From NCBI GenBank assembly GCA_047967505.1, contig CM106538.1: a DNA stretch of 64,000 nt; one strand, given 5' to 3'. A model generated the notes under the pieces. That model was not told the DNA's origin, did not search any database, and saw nothing but the letters and a program-made list of their open reading frames with translations. The translations under genes were made by a program, and so were the position numbers. Positions 26,813-40,451 of this stretch are shown in pieces. The DNA comes from Dipteris shenzhenensis (Eukaryota). Numbering within the stretch: the stretch's first letter is position 1; the number at the start of each line of letters is the position of its first letter.

Positions 26813-27349
26813 CTAAGTGCCCTTGGACTTCCTAAGACGTACAATAAATTGCATGACTGCAGCGGTCACCGTGACCCTTTTCCTATGGATGGCAGCCAAC
26901 TGGGTGTCATCCATGAGGTCTACTAGGTAGGCCTCAGATGCATGCTGCAGTGCAAGCAAGGCGTCTCTAGAAATATGCTAGGGAGCCTCCACAACTCCAC
27001 GCCTGTAAAACCGGGACATTGGGCTAAGGTTGAGGTCTTGCATGACCTCGCGTACCACCCTTGCGAAGCTGGCCATCGGGATCAGTAGATCAATGGACTT
27101 TTGAAACTTTCTGATCTCCCATAGTGCCATGGTCCCTAGCTTGAATCTATACCGCCTCACTGGAGGAGGGCCTCCTTGCCCTCGATGTGGAGGGCCTCTT
27201 CCTAGATGTTGAGGGCCTCTTTGACCTGCACTTGGAGCTCGAGCACCTCTCCCCTGTTGGCATGGACCCTGATTGTCTGTTCTTCTCTTGGTCCTCTGCT
27301 CTGTCCTTCGTTGTTCTTCTTCCACATGCTCCTCCTCTATGCTCTCCAA
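26813..27349 (-). pseudogene. Divergent histone H3 (CENH3-like) gene with one in-frame stop
   Basis: 'RRYRFKLGTMALWEIRKFQKSIDLLIPMASFARVVREVMQD...' then, in the same frame after TAG at 26978-26980, '[54 protein letters not shown]' (stop 26813-26815). Complete H3 histone fold with a non-canonical N-tail. True start codon uncertain. Confidence 0.9.
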
Positions 27350-28137
27350 GTCATCCGTCTCTATCAGAGGATCTTAATGTGCCTTCCTATGCCATCATAT
27401 GCAGACATTTGAATACTTGTAGCTTGCATAGATGATACCAAATGTTGATTCCAAGCCTCCAACATGAGATTTTGACAGCATGAGAGTCCATCCCATGAGA
27501 GGGAGAATAGAGAAAGAAGCTTCCCACTCAAGAGCCAGCAGGAAATTTGAAAAAAGGGCTAGAGCAAAGAAAAATTCAAAATGGTGCTCAAAAATGAGGG
27601 GGAAGTAAGAGGAATGAGGGAGAATGAAAGAGTGTGGTAGTTGGATGGGAGGATTTGGTTTCAGGCCAAATGGTTCAAGTTTGGTTGAGAAACTAGGTTT
27701 CGCAGTTTGGTTATAGTTTAAAAACGTGATGGGAGAGTTGAGGCAACAAGTGGGTGCTCCACCTCATTGTTTAGGCCATTGAATAACGAAATAGAGAAGT
27801 CAAGCCACTTCCAATATTCTATTGCCCTCCACCATCCAATATTCTATGGGGTTTTATTCACCTTATTCTTCCATGTCACCAGCCCAAGGGCTCCCTTATA
27901 GGGCCCTTTTTGAGTCCAAATTTTTTGTAATGGAAGGACATAATTACGAAAAGCATGCCAAAATTCACAAATTCATTTTCAAAGAAAGTAAGAGCTTGTT
28001 ACTAAGATAACATCAATACAAATTTTTATATTCAAAGAAACATTAATCAAAAGAATGTTGAGAGAAAAGACATTGCATTAAAAATGAATAAAAGAGTCCA
28101 TCCATGTGTCTTTAGATATCGTTCAAAATAACATGTA

Positions 28138-30915
28138 TCACTCTGATACATGTACATCGCCAAGACATAACATTTTCTTTTCATCTCTATTTACCATAAC
28201 TTTTTCCTCTAAAACTAACCAATCTACGATAGCTTTCCTTATTGCAGGCAAGCTATGTTCATTTCTATATGCAGAAAAAGTTGGATCTCTCTTTATAATA
28301 TTATAATTAGACTTAAGTGACATGTACATCTCATCCATTGTGTTCAAGCCTAAAAATTTCACGAGAATTGTCTCTTGATCTTCTTCACCAAATTCATGAA
28401 CCTAAAAAGCATCAACCCATGGTATATAAATTAATAATCATCTATACTAATTGATAAAAGAAAGAATACATTAGCTTGAAGTATAACATGTAGCATATGA
28501 ATCAATAATCTTTCTATGCTAATCTATAAAAGGATAAATGCATCATTCTTTACACATATCAACTTACTTGATATATTTTAAATTGTAATCTATAAATTAA
28601 CATTTCTCCCTCCCATATGCATTGCATGTGTAGCCCACCCCCTATGTTTAGTCCATGTGCATCCCAATCATAGCCCATATGCAGCCCACCTCCTATATTT
28701 TGCCCATATGCATCCCATGTTCAGTCAACATGTAATATTCAGCCCACTCCCTATGTTTAGCCCATGTGCATCCCATACATAGCCCATATGCAGCCCACCT
28801 CCTATATTCTGCCCATATGCATCCCATATGCAGCCCATATGCATCCCATATTCAGCCCATATGCAGCCCGTATCTAATATGCATCCCATATGCAGCCCTA
28901 CAAACCATCCCCCTATATTCAACCCATATGCATCCCATATTCAGCCTGTATCTAATATTCATCCCATATGTAGCCCATATACATCCCTTTTGCAAACCAT
29001 CCCCCTATATTCATCCCATATGCATCCCATATGCAGCCGACACCTTGCCTAATCCTTATATTCAGCCCACTCCATATATTCAGTCCGTACACATCCCATA
29101 TCAGCCCACCTCCTATATTCAGCGCATATGCATCCCATATTCAGCCCATATGCAGCCCATATCTAATATGCATCCTATATGTATCCCATATGCATCCCCC
29201 ATCCCCTATATTCAGTCTATATGCATCCCATATGCAGCCCACACCTTGCCCAACCCCTATTTTCAGCCCATACACATGCCCATATGCAGCCCACCCCTTA
29301 GATTCAACCTCTATTCATCCCATATATAGCTCATATGCAATCCACCACCTATATTCAGCCCATATGAAGCCCATCTCCTATATTCAATCCATATGCATTC
29401 CATATCTAAATTCTATATCAATAATCTATCTATACTAATCTATAAAAGAAAAAATGCATCATTTTTTAATGTCAATATGAACTTACTTGAGTAGGCATAC
29501 CATGATAATCGATGGAATGAATATCCTTCTCAATGTTGATAGCATTCAACTCCTATGTGAAAGAAAAATCAAGTAGCAAAGAGTAACTGATGCTCTTTCT
29601 TTTCTTGTATTTTCGATTTGCTTGCATTGCTCCAAGAAAGTATGTATAAATATCTTCCTTCTTCCAAAAATAACTAGCACCATGAAACTCAAGCGGCAAG
29701 ATCTCATGATAGTTTTCTTTAATAATGCTCTTGATATTTTTTTTGCATCTTTGAACATTGTGGCATAAATCTGCAATAACCTCATGACTTTTCACCCAAA
29801 TTTTTACTATGCAATGGTTGGCACAGTAGGTGATATTTTGATAATCTTTACAGTATCGGAGTAGAAAATCCCTCCCATATAGTTTCCCACACTCACAATC
29901 TTGCATCTTTGGTGGTTAGAAAATTTGATTGTATGTAGGAGCTTCTAGTAAAGATGAATCTCCATTGTTTGTTGCAGACATTGTGCACCTTGGAGGAACT
30001 TTGTGCATCTCAGTATTCACTACTTGTGAAGAACTACATTTGTTTTGTTTCATGTCATTTATTTCCTATTGTAGTCGATTGATGGTCGCTAATAAGACTT
30101 CCAAATTTGGTGTCATGGAAGAGGCCATCACTAGATTCTAGCTCTAAACAATTCATGAAAAAATAAAAGATAAACATATATTGCCAAAAACAATGTTAGA
30201 AACTTATAGAAATTTCAAAACATATATTGCATTCGGAACTTCGACTTCCTACTCTTCTTCCACCCATGTCACAAAACAAAAAGCTCAATATCTTATCTTG
30301 AGAGTCAATTGGAATTTGATGCTCATCCCACAAAGTTTGATCTCGATTATCCTCTCTAATATTTGGTTGCATATTGATGGTCCTTCCCATTCATCAACAT
30401 CATTAGGTTTTATGGAAGATCAAATGGTTGTTGATATTCGGTTCCATGGGGGGATCACATGGTTGTTGATTCAAATCATTGGAACCATCATTAGGTGCCT
30501 CATTAAAGTTATATGGCTCATTCTCATTTGTATTGTTATGTACTTGTCCAAGGAAACCTATTTGGGTACCCAAGCCTTCATATCTATGCTTTAATTGTTG
30601 GTGTAAAACAAAAGTTGAAGGAGCTACATGTTGTCCATGGTCCATGATAGTATGAGAGACAATCACACCAGATTCTTCTTCTTTCTTCCATGTTAGACAA
30701 AGTATTCATCTCACTTCCTTCTTGCACATGAGATGTTGTTTGCTCCTGACTCAAACGATGACTTTGACTTTGCTCAATTAAGGCACATTTTCATTCAAAT
30801 CATGCGGACAATGCTCATAATAAGTGCTTCTACTAACAAATTGCCATCCTTGAGTTGTATGGGCACGCCTATAGTTGCATGAGCACCTTCTTAAATTTCT
30901 TGAAGAACTTGCCAT
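28138..30915 (-). pseudogene. Decayed multi-exon gene with Cys/His motifs, probably a DNA-transposon protein
   Basis: ATG at 30915 after acceptor TTGTTAG. N-terminus 'RRCSCNYRRAH...GWQFVSRSTYYEH'. Exon ~30145-29501 with 'CECG...YC...YCANHC', followed by donor GTATGC. Last exon starts at TTTTTAG|28401, 'VHEFGEEDQE...DVHVSE*'. Confidence 0.5.
28615..29410. repeat. Intronic minisatellite (GCATCCCATAT / GCAGCCCATAT / TCAGCCCA motifs)
   Basis: Dozens of degenerate ~11-nt motifs, flanked by a ~70-bp direct repeat (28502-28570 and 29418-29490). Confidence 0.9.
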
Positions 30916-31129
30916 TATAAACACCTAACAAAGTGGAATATCATACCATAAGCGAATGAAAGAAATACATAAAAGTGAAACTGCCATACCATAAGCAAAT
31001 AAAAGAAATACGTGAAACTGCTATTCCAATATTTCTTTATGTCTAGCATCGAGAGACAAATGAAGTATTTCCAATTTAAATACATCTTAAACCTAATGAA
31101 ACATAGAAGCATAAACAATGGCATTCACA

Positions 31130-32142
31130 CAATTATACATCAACACATAGGCATAAAGAAGCATAGAAACATATTTTGAAGCATATAGAAACATATTTTG
31201 ATGCATATATTCATTTAGACAAGGCTATTCTAATGTTTATTTATATCTAGCTTCGAGAGACAAATGAAGCATTTCCAATTTAAATGCATAGGAATTAAAA
31301 AGTAAAATTAAACCATAAAGCATGAATAGCATAAAAGCATAAAGATATAGAAGCATATAGAAACATAGGTGTTCATCAATGGCATAGAAGCATAATTTCC
31401 ATAGAAGCATAGACTAAAGAAGCATAGGCATTCACATAGGCATATAGAAGGACAAGTATTCATTAAATAGAAGAATAAAGATATAGAAGCCTATAGAAAT
31501 ATAAAAAACATAAAGCACAAATAGCATTAGAAGCATAAAGATATAGAAACATAGAAGCATAGAAGCATAGACTAAAGAAGCATAGGCATATAGAAATATG
31601 GCATAATTTCCATAGAAGCATAGCATAATTTCCATAGAAGAATAGCATAATTTCCATAGAAGCATGGGCATTTAGAAACATAGGCATTCACATAGGCATA
31701 TAGAAAGACAAGCATTCACTAAATAGAAGTATAAAGATATAGAAGCCTATAGAAATATACCAAACATAAAGCATAAATAGCATAGAAGCATAAAGATATA
31801 GAAACATAAAAGCATAGAAGTATAGACTAAAGAAGCATAGGCATATAGAAACATAGAAGCATAGACTAAACAAGCATAGCCATAATCTCCATAGAAGCAT
31901 AACATAATTTCCATAGAAGCATAACATAATTTCCATAGAAACATAGGCATTCACATAGGCATATAGAAGGACAAGCATTCATTAAATAGAAGCATAAAGA
32001 CATAGAAACCTATAGAAATATAAAAACATAAGGCATAAATAGCATAGAAACATATAGAATTATCACAATGTAGAAGCATATTATAGAAATATAGAAAGAT
32101 AAACATAGAAGCATATAGAATTATAGAGATGTAGAAGCATAA

Positions 32143-32180
<38 letters not shown>

Positions 32181-32245
32181 CATAATGCATATAGAAGCAT
32201 ATAGAATTATAGAAATGTAGAAGCATTCTGATGTAGAAGCATTCC
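31130..32245. repeat. CATAGAAG-based minisatellite with a ~260-bp higher-order period
   Basis: GGCATTCACATAGGCATATAGAA recurs at ~31427, 31683 and 31946. Confidence 0.9.
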
Positions 32246-35200
32246 TTAGAATCTTAAATGGTCAACCTTGCCCATTTTGGAATGGATTTATCACATGTAC
32301 CACTTGGAGCTGCATCCTTTGTTTGACTAAGTGGTATTGTATCCAAACCTTGGGTTGTTCCTCCCCACTAGTAGCTGGCTACACATCTAAAACATTTGAG
32401 GGAGAATCACCCTCAACATGTGGCAAACTAGCTATAGTATGAGAGGAAGAAGGAGTATCCTCTTGAGAACCCATCTCATCATACTCAAACTAAATGATAT
32501 CCAAAGGCATAACATCATAAGATGGAAAATCCACATTGGTTGTCTATATGCATTCATTTTCAATAAAGGAAACATCTCTATCGATTATGATTCCTTGTTT
32601 CTGAATTGTTTCTGAATAATAGAGCCCGATGTCCTTACTTTCTATACTATATCCAACAAAAATTCATTTTATGTTTTTGTCATCAAGATTTGATCTATGC
32701 TAAGATGGAATCAAAGCATAAGCAATTGAGCCAAACACTCTGAAATGATGAACCTTTGGTTTACAGCCATAAAGCCTCACAAAAGGTGTTACATTGGCCA
32801 ATGCTTTGGTAAGGCATCTATTATGTATGTATGTGGCTATAGTTATGGCCTCTCCCCAAAATTCCTTTGGCATTTTCTTGAATTTCAGTATGCCTCTTAT
32901 CATTTACAAAAGTGTCCTATTCTTTCTTTCTACAATAGGGTTGTGATGTGGTCTATATGGCACTCTCTTTTGATGCTCGATCTCTTTTTCCTTCAAATAC
33001 CCTTCAAAGTCATTTGATGTGTACTCTCCCCCGAATTGGTTTGGTTCTCAGCCAAGGACTTGAACTCTTTGAACCAATAAAGCACTTCAGATTTATCCTT
33101 AATGAGGAAGAGCCATGTGAATCTAGAATAATCATCAATGAAGGTAACAAAATACTTTGCGGTTGTCACATTCATGGGATCACATACATCACTGTGTACT
33201 ATCTGCAAAACTCTAGTTTCTTTCATTGAGCGTAAGCCATCGTTCTTGAAAGGAAGGTGGTGCAATGTGCCAAGAGCACACCCTTCACAAACTTCATTGA
33301 CTAGCTACTGTAATTTTGGCATTCCATGAACCATTTCATTTTCGTAAGTAGGCCAATTCTTTATGATGTACATGACCAAACCTGGCATGCCATAAATCAC
33401 TTGGAGAAGCAAATGAGACAAGCAAAGCATGCTGAACATAGGGCTGAGAATAAATCTTGTATAGACCTTGCTCATAAGTACCTGTTGCCATAATTTCATA
33501 CCCTTTCTTGGGATTCTTGTTCTTGCATTGATCATCTTGAAACTCAATAAGCATGTGCTGATCATGGGCAATAGGAGGAACTAGAATTAAATTCTTTCTC
33601 AAGTCTGGGCCATACCAAACATCATGGAGGTATCTTTTCTTTCCTAAATCCAAAAAGATGAGAACATCTCCCACTCTTGTGATGTCCTGTGATTCATCAT
33701 TTGCACATGTAACCTGTTTGATAAACATGTGAGATTTCCTCAAACCACTCCTTTCTAGTAGTCATGTGCTTAGTAGCACCACTATCCAAATACCATTTAT
33801 CAATGGTAGTAAAAGAATAATCAATAGACTGAGAGCATGTGCACTAGAACCCCCCTTTGCATCAAAGTTTTTCGGAACTACAACAAACACAAAATCCTGT
33901 CCTCTTGTGCAAAGTGTGCCTATGCTAGAGCATTTGCATTTTCAGTATGGTGCAATAAAATTACTGCTTGTGCCTTGCCTTTTCTTCTCCTTAGCAACCC
34001 TTTTCTAACACTCTACAATAAAATAACCTGGCTATTTACAATAATTGCATTTTCCCTTCTTCACCTTAGGACCTTAATTTGCATTTGTACTTGCATTCCC
34101 CTCCTTCTTGAGCTGATATGTATGGCTGTTTCTTTTCTAAAATGACCTCTGCTGCAATTTGCCCTTTTCTTGGGTGGCAAGTGCTTGCTCACCCTTATGG
34201 GAGAAATGGGAAAAATTGGAGGTCGTCTCCTCTCCCTATAACAACAACCCAAGAAGCCCATCAAATGAGAGAGGGGATGCCCTGAGCATAATAGTCAAAG
34301 AGATAACAAATGTGCCATAAGAGGGAGCCAAGTTGTTGAGAGTGATAGAGATTGGTTTCTTGTCCTCTATTTCCTCATCAACACTAGCTATTTGATCTGT
34401 GAGATCAGTGATCTTTGCAATGTGCTCTATGATTGTTTGACCTTATTGCATGGAAAGCTCCTTGAGCTTATTGGTCAATGCAATGACCCTTGCCTCATTC
34501 AGGCATCATTCTTGACATGATACATGTTTGCCAACTTTTCCCATGCATAATTTGCATCTGTGCATGACTTAATGGTTGTCATAATGTGCCTCTTCACAAA
34601 TGAGGCAATCAAGAATAAAACCTGGACATTTCTATGGTCAAACTTATGCTGCTCCTCCAATAGTGTCGGAGATGGAGTGGCAGTAGAAGTAGTAGAAGTG
34701 TTGGTGGCAGGAGGAGGAGGCAGTCGATAGAGCGAGTGAGGAAAAGCGAGCGGGCCCAAAAAAGCGAGCGAGCTTTTCCACAATTTCCTTATCGAGGTAC
34801 TCAACATAGCTTTGTGGAAACCACTATTTGGGAAGATTCTCAAAAATAAAACTTATGTTACTATGTGTAACTATACCAATATTGCGAATTATAGTCTACC
34901 TTAACTTCCAATTGGAGCCATACTCACATTATGCAACAATAGTATGTGGGTTTGAAAGAAACTGAATTTCCACTCCAAAGCGGATTCCATTACTGATACA
35001 ACAATTCTTTTGCATTTGAAATGGATCTTATTATCAAACTCCTTCAATAATCAAAACAAATGCGTTGCTTGATATGTTGAACTTAGTAACGTAAACATCA
35101 CTTCACCCATATGTAGGGAAAAAAAACTGTTTGTAGACTTCATAGCATGGGATTGCATCAACACTTATGACATTCAAAATGGTTCTTCTTATTAAAAGTG

Positions 35201-35370
35201 TTATCAACCATGAAAGAAAATGTTTAAAAATAGTTCACCCGTATGTTGAAAAACCCGTGTCATTTATGACATTCAAAATTGTTCTTACAACCATCCTGTA
35301 GTTCCTAGAGATTTTGCCCATACTTCCAACCCCTTCCCTTCAACCACTAAGAGGTATCTAATAGTTTTAT

Positions 35371-35724
35371 AGAACACTTGAGATATCATCACCTCCTAAT
35401 ACAAAACCATTATTACTATTTGTAGAACACTTGAGATATCATCACCTCTTAATACAAGACCATTCTTACTATTTGTAGAACACTTGAGATATCGTCACTC
35501 CTTCCCTTTAGCCACTAAGAGGTACCTAATACTTTTGTAGAACACTTGAACCATTCTTACTATTTGTATAACACTTGAGATATCATCACCTTTTAATACA
35601 AAACCATTCTTACGGTTTGTATAACACTTGAGATATCATCACCTCTTAATATAAGACCATTCTTAGTATTTGTAGATCACTTTAGATATCATCGCCTCTT
35701 AATACAAGACCATTCTTACTATTT
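35371..35724. repeat. 53-bp minisatellite, about 7 copies
   Basis: AGAACACTTGAGATATCATCACCTCTTAATACAAGACCATTCTTACTATTTGT repeated head to tail. Confidence 0.9.
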
Positions 35725-37929
35725 GAGAGATTAATGGATTAAAGGTTTGAAGCTCATAGGAGACAAAGGAAGAGAAAGTCAGTTTCAACATGAGGACAAT
35801 AAAACTAATTGGAATATTTTGACTTATGTATTATACCTTTTTGAAGACTATGAATTTAAGTCAGTTTGAACATTAGGATGATAAAACTAATTAGAATATT
35901 TTGACTTATGTATTATATATTTTTGAAGACTATGAATTTTAATAAGGAGAGGCATGCACACTACTTAGTAAATACACTAGTACTACTACTAGCCTACGAC
36001 TATTAAGCCTAGTAGCACCAGTGTGATTTTGAGCCTTGTATCAGCCTTTTGATAATTTTCTTTCATCGTTAGTGCAATAGAAATTATTCCTTCTATCAGA
36101 AGAATCTTGCCAAATTTATTCAAAGTGATGATTTTGTAGTCTACAGCCACTATCCTTTGACTCTCAAAAATATATTAAATGTGAGCACCCATTTATCTTG
36201 TATGATCAATCCTAGACTATGCTGCGATAGGACATTACTAGAACAAAAAAAATATGAATTGATATGGCAATGTTCGGTGTGAAATAACCAAATTAAGGAT
36301 TTAATAAGAAAGAAAACAATCAGAATCAATAGGCTATTCAATGGCTCAAATCTGCACAGAAATTATAATGTGCCTCCCATTTCTTATGCATTCCAGCCCC
36401 TCATGTTTGACAAGAATGCAAACAATAATGAAATCACATTATCTTTAGTTTCAAAGTAAGCAAAGCACCAAAAATAAATGCAAACATATTGGATGAGGAA
36501 TAAATAGGTATAGATATAGATAGACCTATATATGTGAATTCATAGATATAATGATGATTAAAGTTGGACGGTCGTAATAATATTATGTGTACTATCATTG
36601 GGATTAGGACTACTATTGGTAATATTGTATGTAGTAGTAGGAGAACTACCATTAAGGAACACTCAAATAAAATTACTAATGGTGGTGATAAAACTACCAC
36701 TAGTAGTTTGGTAATTGCCCCTAACATCTACAACAAATATTTGATGGGTAGCTAGTATTAGGTCAAAAGGCCCCAATTGTGCTATAATAATGGACCAAAA
36801 AAGGGAGTGCTATAGCATCACCTAAGGGTCACTTTTTATCCATGAAAGAAACAAGTTGGTGCAACCTAGGTCATACAGATCTAGGTCATGTGGAGTGGTT
36901 CGTGTCTCTTTCCTTGACAAAAAAGTTACACTACCTTTGATAATAACTACAAAGATTGCTGCCATAGTGCCATAGAGTAGCCCCTAGGTTGCACCATCAT
37001 CCTTTTTTGCTTTTGAGCCATTAAGTTTGATCCACTGATTTTATGTAGAATTATTCTACTATATGTTCACATGTCCTTAATAGGATCTTGATATAATCCC
37101 TTCCATTGTAAGTACTTTTACTTTAAGTTTCACGTATCCTTAACAAACCACTAGGCTTCAACACAGATTCATTCTTAAGTTTCAAGCCTCAAACGCAAAC
37201 ACCCTTGTAAAAGGGATAATGTATTAAAGCTACATTCAATCCATCAAATCTTTTGAATAACAGTTCTATTGAAAATTCATGTATCATCAATAGGATTTCA
37301 TCCATTATATGTTCATTTGTCTTTAATAGTATGTCTAAAAATTCATGTATCTTCAATATTATTTCTCTCATGTGTTCCAATATCTTCAAAAGGATACCTT
37401 TATTTATGTCCAAACTTGAGCATTGATTTGTATTTATCAAACACAATTTCACTCCACCTATTCTTTAGAATGAAATTTTTTCGCCAAAAGTGGGCCAAAT
37501 GTAAGGTCTTTCCACATATTCTTAAGAATGAAAATTTTGGCCTTACGTTGGCAAGTCTATGGAATGAGGGTAAGGCCAAAGTCTCTGGTACGGTGCATTA
37601 GGTCTTGATTAATTCTTCTTTAGGCTTGAATATTCAATGCATTAACTTCACGACTATTATTTATGCTTGAACTTGTAATGTATTAATTTCATGACTTAGG
37701 ATTTTATGAAGTTATATCTAACATGTCCCAAATTTAATGGAAATTAATATCCTACATAACACAACAAAGTATCATCATATCCCTTCTCAAAATCAATGCT
37801 ACCTAGCAACTCTCCTAGCATTTTCACTGCCTTGCATTTGAGTTAGCTATGATGAAGAATGTTGCCTGCCTTTGGAACCTCTTAGAGTTACCGTTAGCAT
37901 AATCTAATTTCATGTACCCCAAAACTTGA

Positions 37930-38410
37930 GACTTGGAGATTCCCATATCACACCAGTGGTAGCTATCTTGTCCACTCTCAATGCTAGTAAGAGCTAGGCC
38001 CCATAGACCGGTAAGAGAAGTCTTTTTGGAGGTTTAATTTTTTCCTTCGTCTTCTGCAGGCCCCATGATGAAATAGGATATATTCATCACCCTACATTTA
38101 ATGCAAGAATTGACAACTTTTTTGGACCTGACTATGTAGTTTACATCCCAAAATTGGTGCTAAAATTACAGACTGGGAGATTCCCATATCACACCAACGG
38201 TAGCTGTCTTGTCGACTCTCAACACTAGTAAGAGCCGGTCCCCATAGACCAGTAAAAGAAGTCTTTTTGTTGGTTCAATTTTTTGCCTCCGTCTTCTCCA
38301 GCCCCATGACGGAATAGGATATATTCACCACCCTTTAGTTAATGCAAGAATTGACAACTTTTTTTGGACATGACTATGCAGCTTACATCCCAAAATTGGT
38401 GCTAAAATTG
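37930..38410. repeat. Two-copy ~240-bp tandem duplication
   Basis: GGAGATTCCCATATCACACC...CCAAAATTGGTGCTAAAATT occurs twice. Confidence 0.85.
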
Positions 38411-38489
38411 CATACCGGGCATCTCCATTTGCCGGGGGGTGTCCCAGCAACCCCTTGGACTTGCTCTATTTGTCTAGTTGTGTCTCTCC

Positions 38490-38821
38490 ACAAAAATTGG
38501 AGTGGGGCCTATTTTCCCCATCTATTAAAACTATATGCATCAATATGTATGTATGTATGCATGCATGCATGCATATGGCCATGTATGTATGTACACACAC
38601 ACATATGTATGTATGTATGTGTACTAAAACTATATGCATCAAATAATGTTGTTGATCAATTTTTGGCATACCCCACCAAAATCAAGACCCCCATTGCAAA
38701 GAAAGGTAAGGAACACAAGTGCTTGTTCTTATGCTCATGAGACAACAAAATGCATGACATAGGCAACCAATGGGGTCTTACTTTTGATGTTTGTATGTAT
38801 GTATGTATGTATATATGTATG

Positions 38822-38857
<36 letters not shown>

Positions 38858-38861
38858 TATA

Positions 38862-38892
<31 letters not shown>

Positions 38893-39657
38893 GTATGTAT
38901 GTATGTATATGTATATGTTGATGCATATATGTATATATTGATGTATGTATTGATGCATACAATTTTGATATATGGAGAAAATGGACATGAAAACCATCTA
39001 AATTAGTTCTTGTTGTTCGATTTGATATATGACATGATCCTATTTGGATTTGTAAGTCCAAAGATATGGGGTCCTACTTTTAGGGCTTGAATGCCTAAAA
39101 TAGGCAGCGCGTTAACGCGCTACCTATTTCATGCATTTAGGCCTCAAAAGTAGGACCTGAATGCATGAAATAGGCAGCGCGTTAACGCGCTGCCTATTTC
39201 ATGCATTTAGGCCTCAAAAGTAGGATCCCATTGGCAACACAATGGGGTCCTACTTTTGAGGCCTAAATGCATGAAATAGGGAGCGCATTAACGCGCTGCC
39301 TATTTCAAGCATTTAGGCCCTAAAAGTAGCACCCCGCATCTTTGGACTTGCATATCCGAATGGGGTCATGTCATATATCAAATCGAATGGCAAGATCCAA
39401 TTTAGATGGTTTTCATGTCCATTTTCTCCATCAACTAAAACTATATTCATAAAATAATGTTGTTTATCAATTTTTGGCATACCCCCACCAAAATCAAGAC
39501 CCCCATTGCAAAGAAAGGTAAGGAACACAAGTGCTTGTTCTTATGCTCATGAGACAACAAAATGCATGAAATAGGCAACCAATGGGATCCTAATTTTGCT
39601 GTATGTATGTAAGTATGTATATATGTATGTATATACATACATATATATCTATATGTG

Positions 39658-39710
<53 letters not shown>

Positions 39711-40380
39711 ATATATATATATATATATGTATGTATATGTATATGTTGATGCATATATGTATATATTGATGCATACCATTTTGATATATGAAGAAAATGG
39801 ATATGAAAACCATTTAAATTGGCTCTTGTCGTTCGATTTGATATATGACATGATCCCATTTGGATTTGTAAGTCCAAAGATATGGGATCCTACTTTTAGG
39901 GCCTGAATGCCTAAAATAGGCAGCGCATTAACGCGCTACCTATTTCATGCATTTAGGCCTCAAAAGTAGGACCCCATTGGCAACACAATGGGGTCCTAGT
40001 TTTGAGGCCTAATTGCATGAAATAGACAACGCGTTAACGCGCTGCCTATTTTAGGCATTCAGGCCCTAAAAGTAGTACCCCATATCTTTGGACTTGCATA
40101 TCCAAATGGGGTCATGTCATATATCAAATCGAACGGCAAGATCCACTTTAGATGGTTTTCATGTCCCATTTCTCCATCAACTAAAACTATATTCATCAAA
40201 TAATGTTGTTGATCAATTTTTGGCATACCCCCCCAAAATCAAGACCCCCATTGCAAAGAAAGGTAAAGAACACAAGTGGTTGTTCTTATGCTGATGAGAC
40301 AACAAAATGCATGACATGGGAAACCAATGGGGTCTTACTTTTGATGTTTGTATGTATGTATATATATGCATGTACATACA

Positions 40381-40451
<71 letters not shown>

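Noticed and set aside
28766-29438. 187-aa and 135-aa Pro/His/Tyr-rich ORFs
   Set aside because: Translations of the minisatellite, open in several frames.
31432-32226. Hydrophobic, membrane-like ORFs on the minus strand
   Set aside because: Translations of the CATAGAAG minisatellite.
35371-35724. CRISPR-like regular repeat
   Set aside because: The units are wholly repetitive with no unique spacers, there are no cas genes, and the context is eukaryotic. It is a minisatellite.
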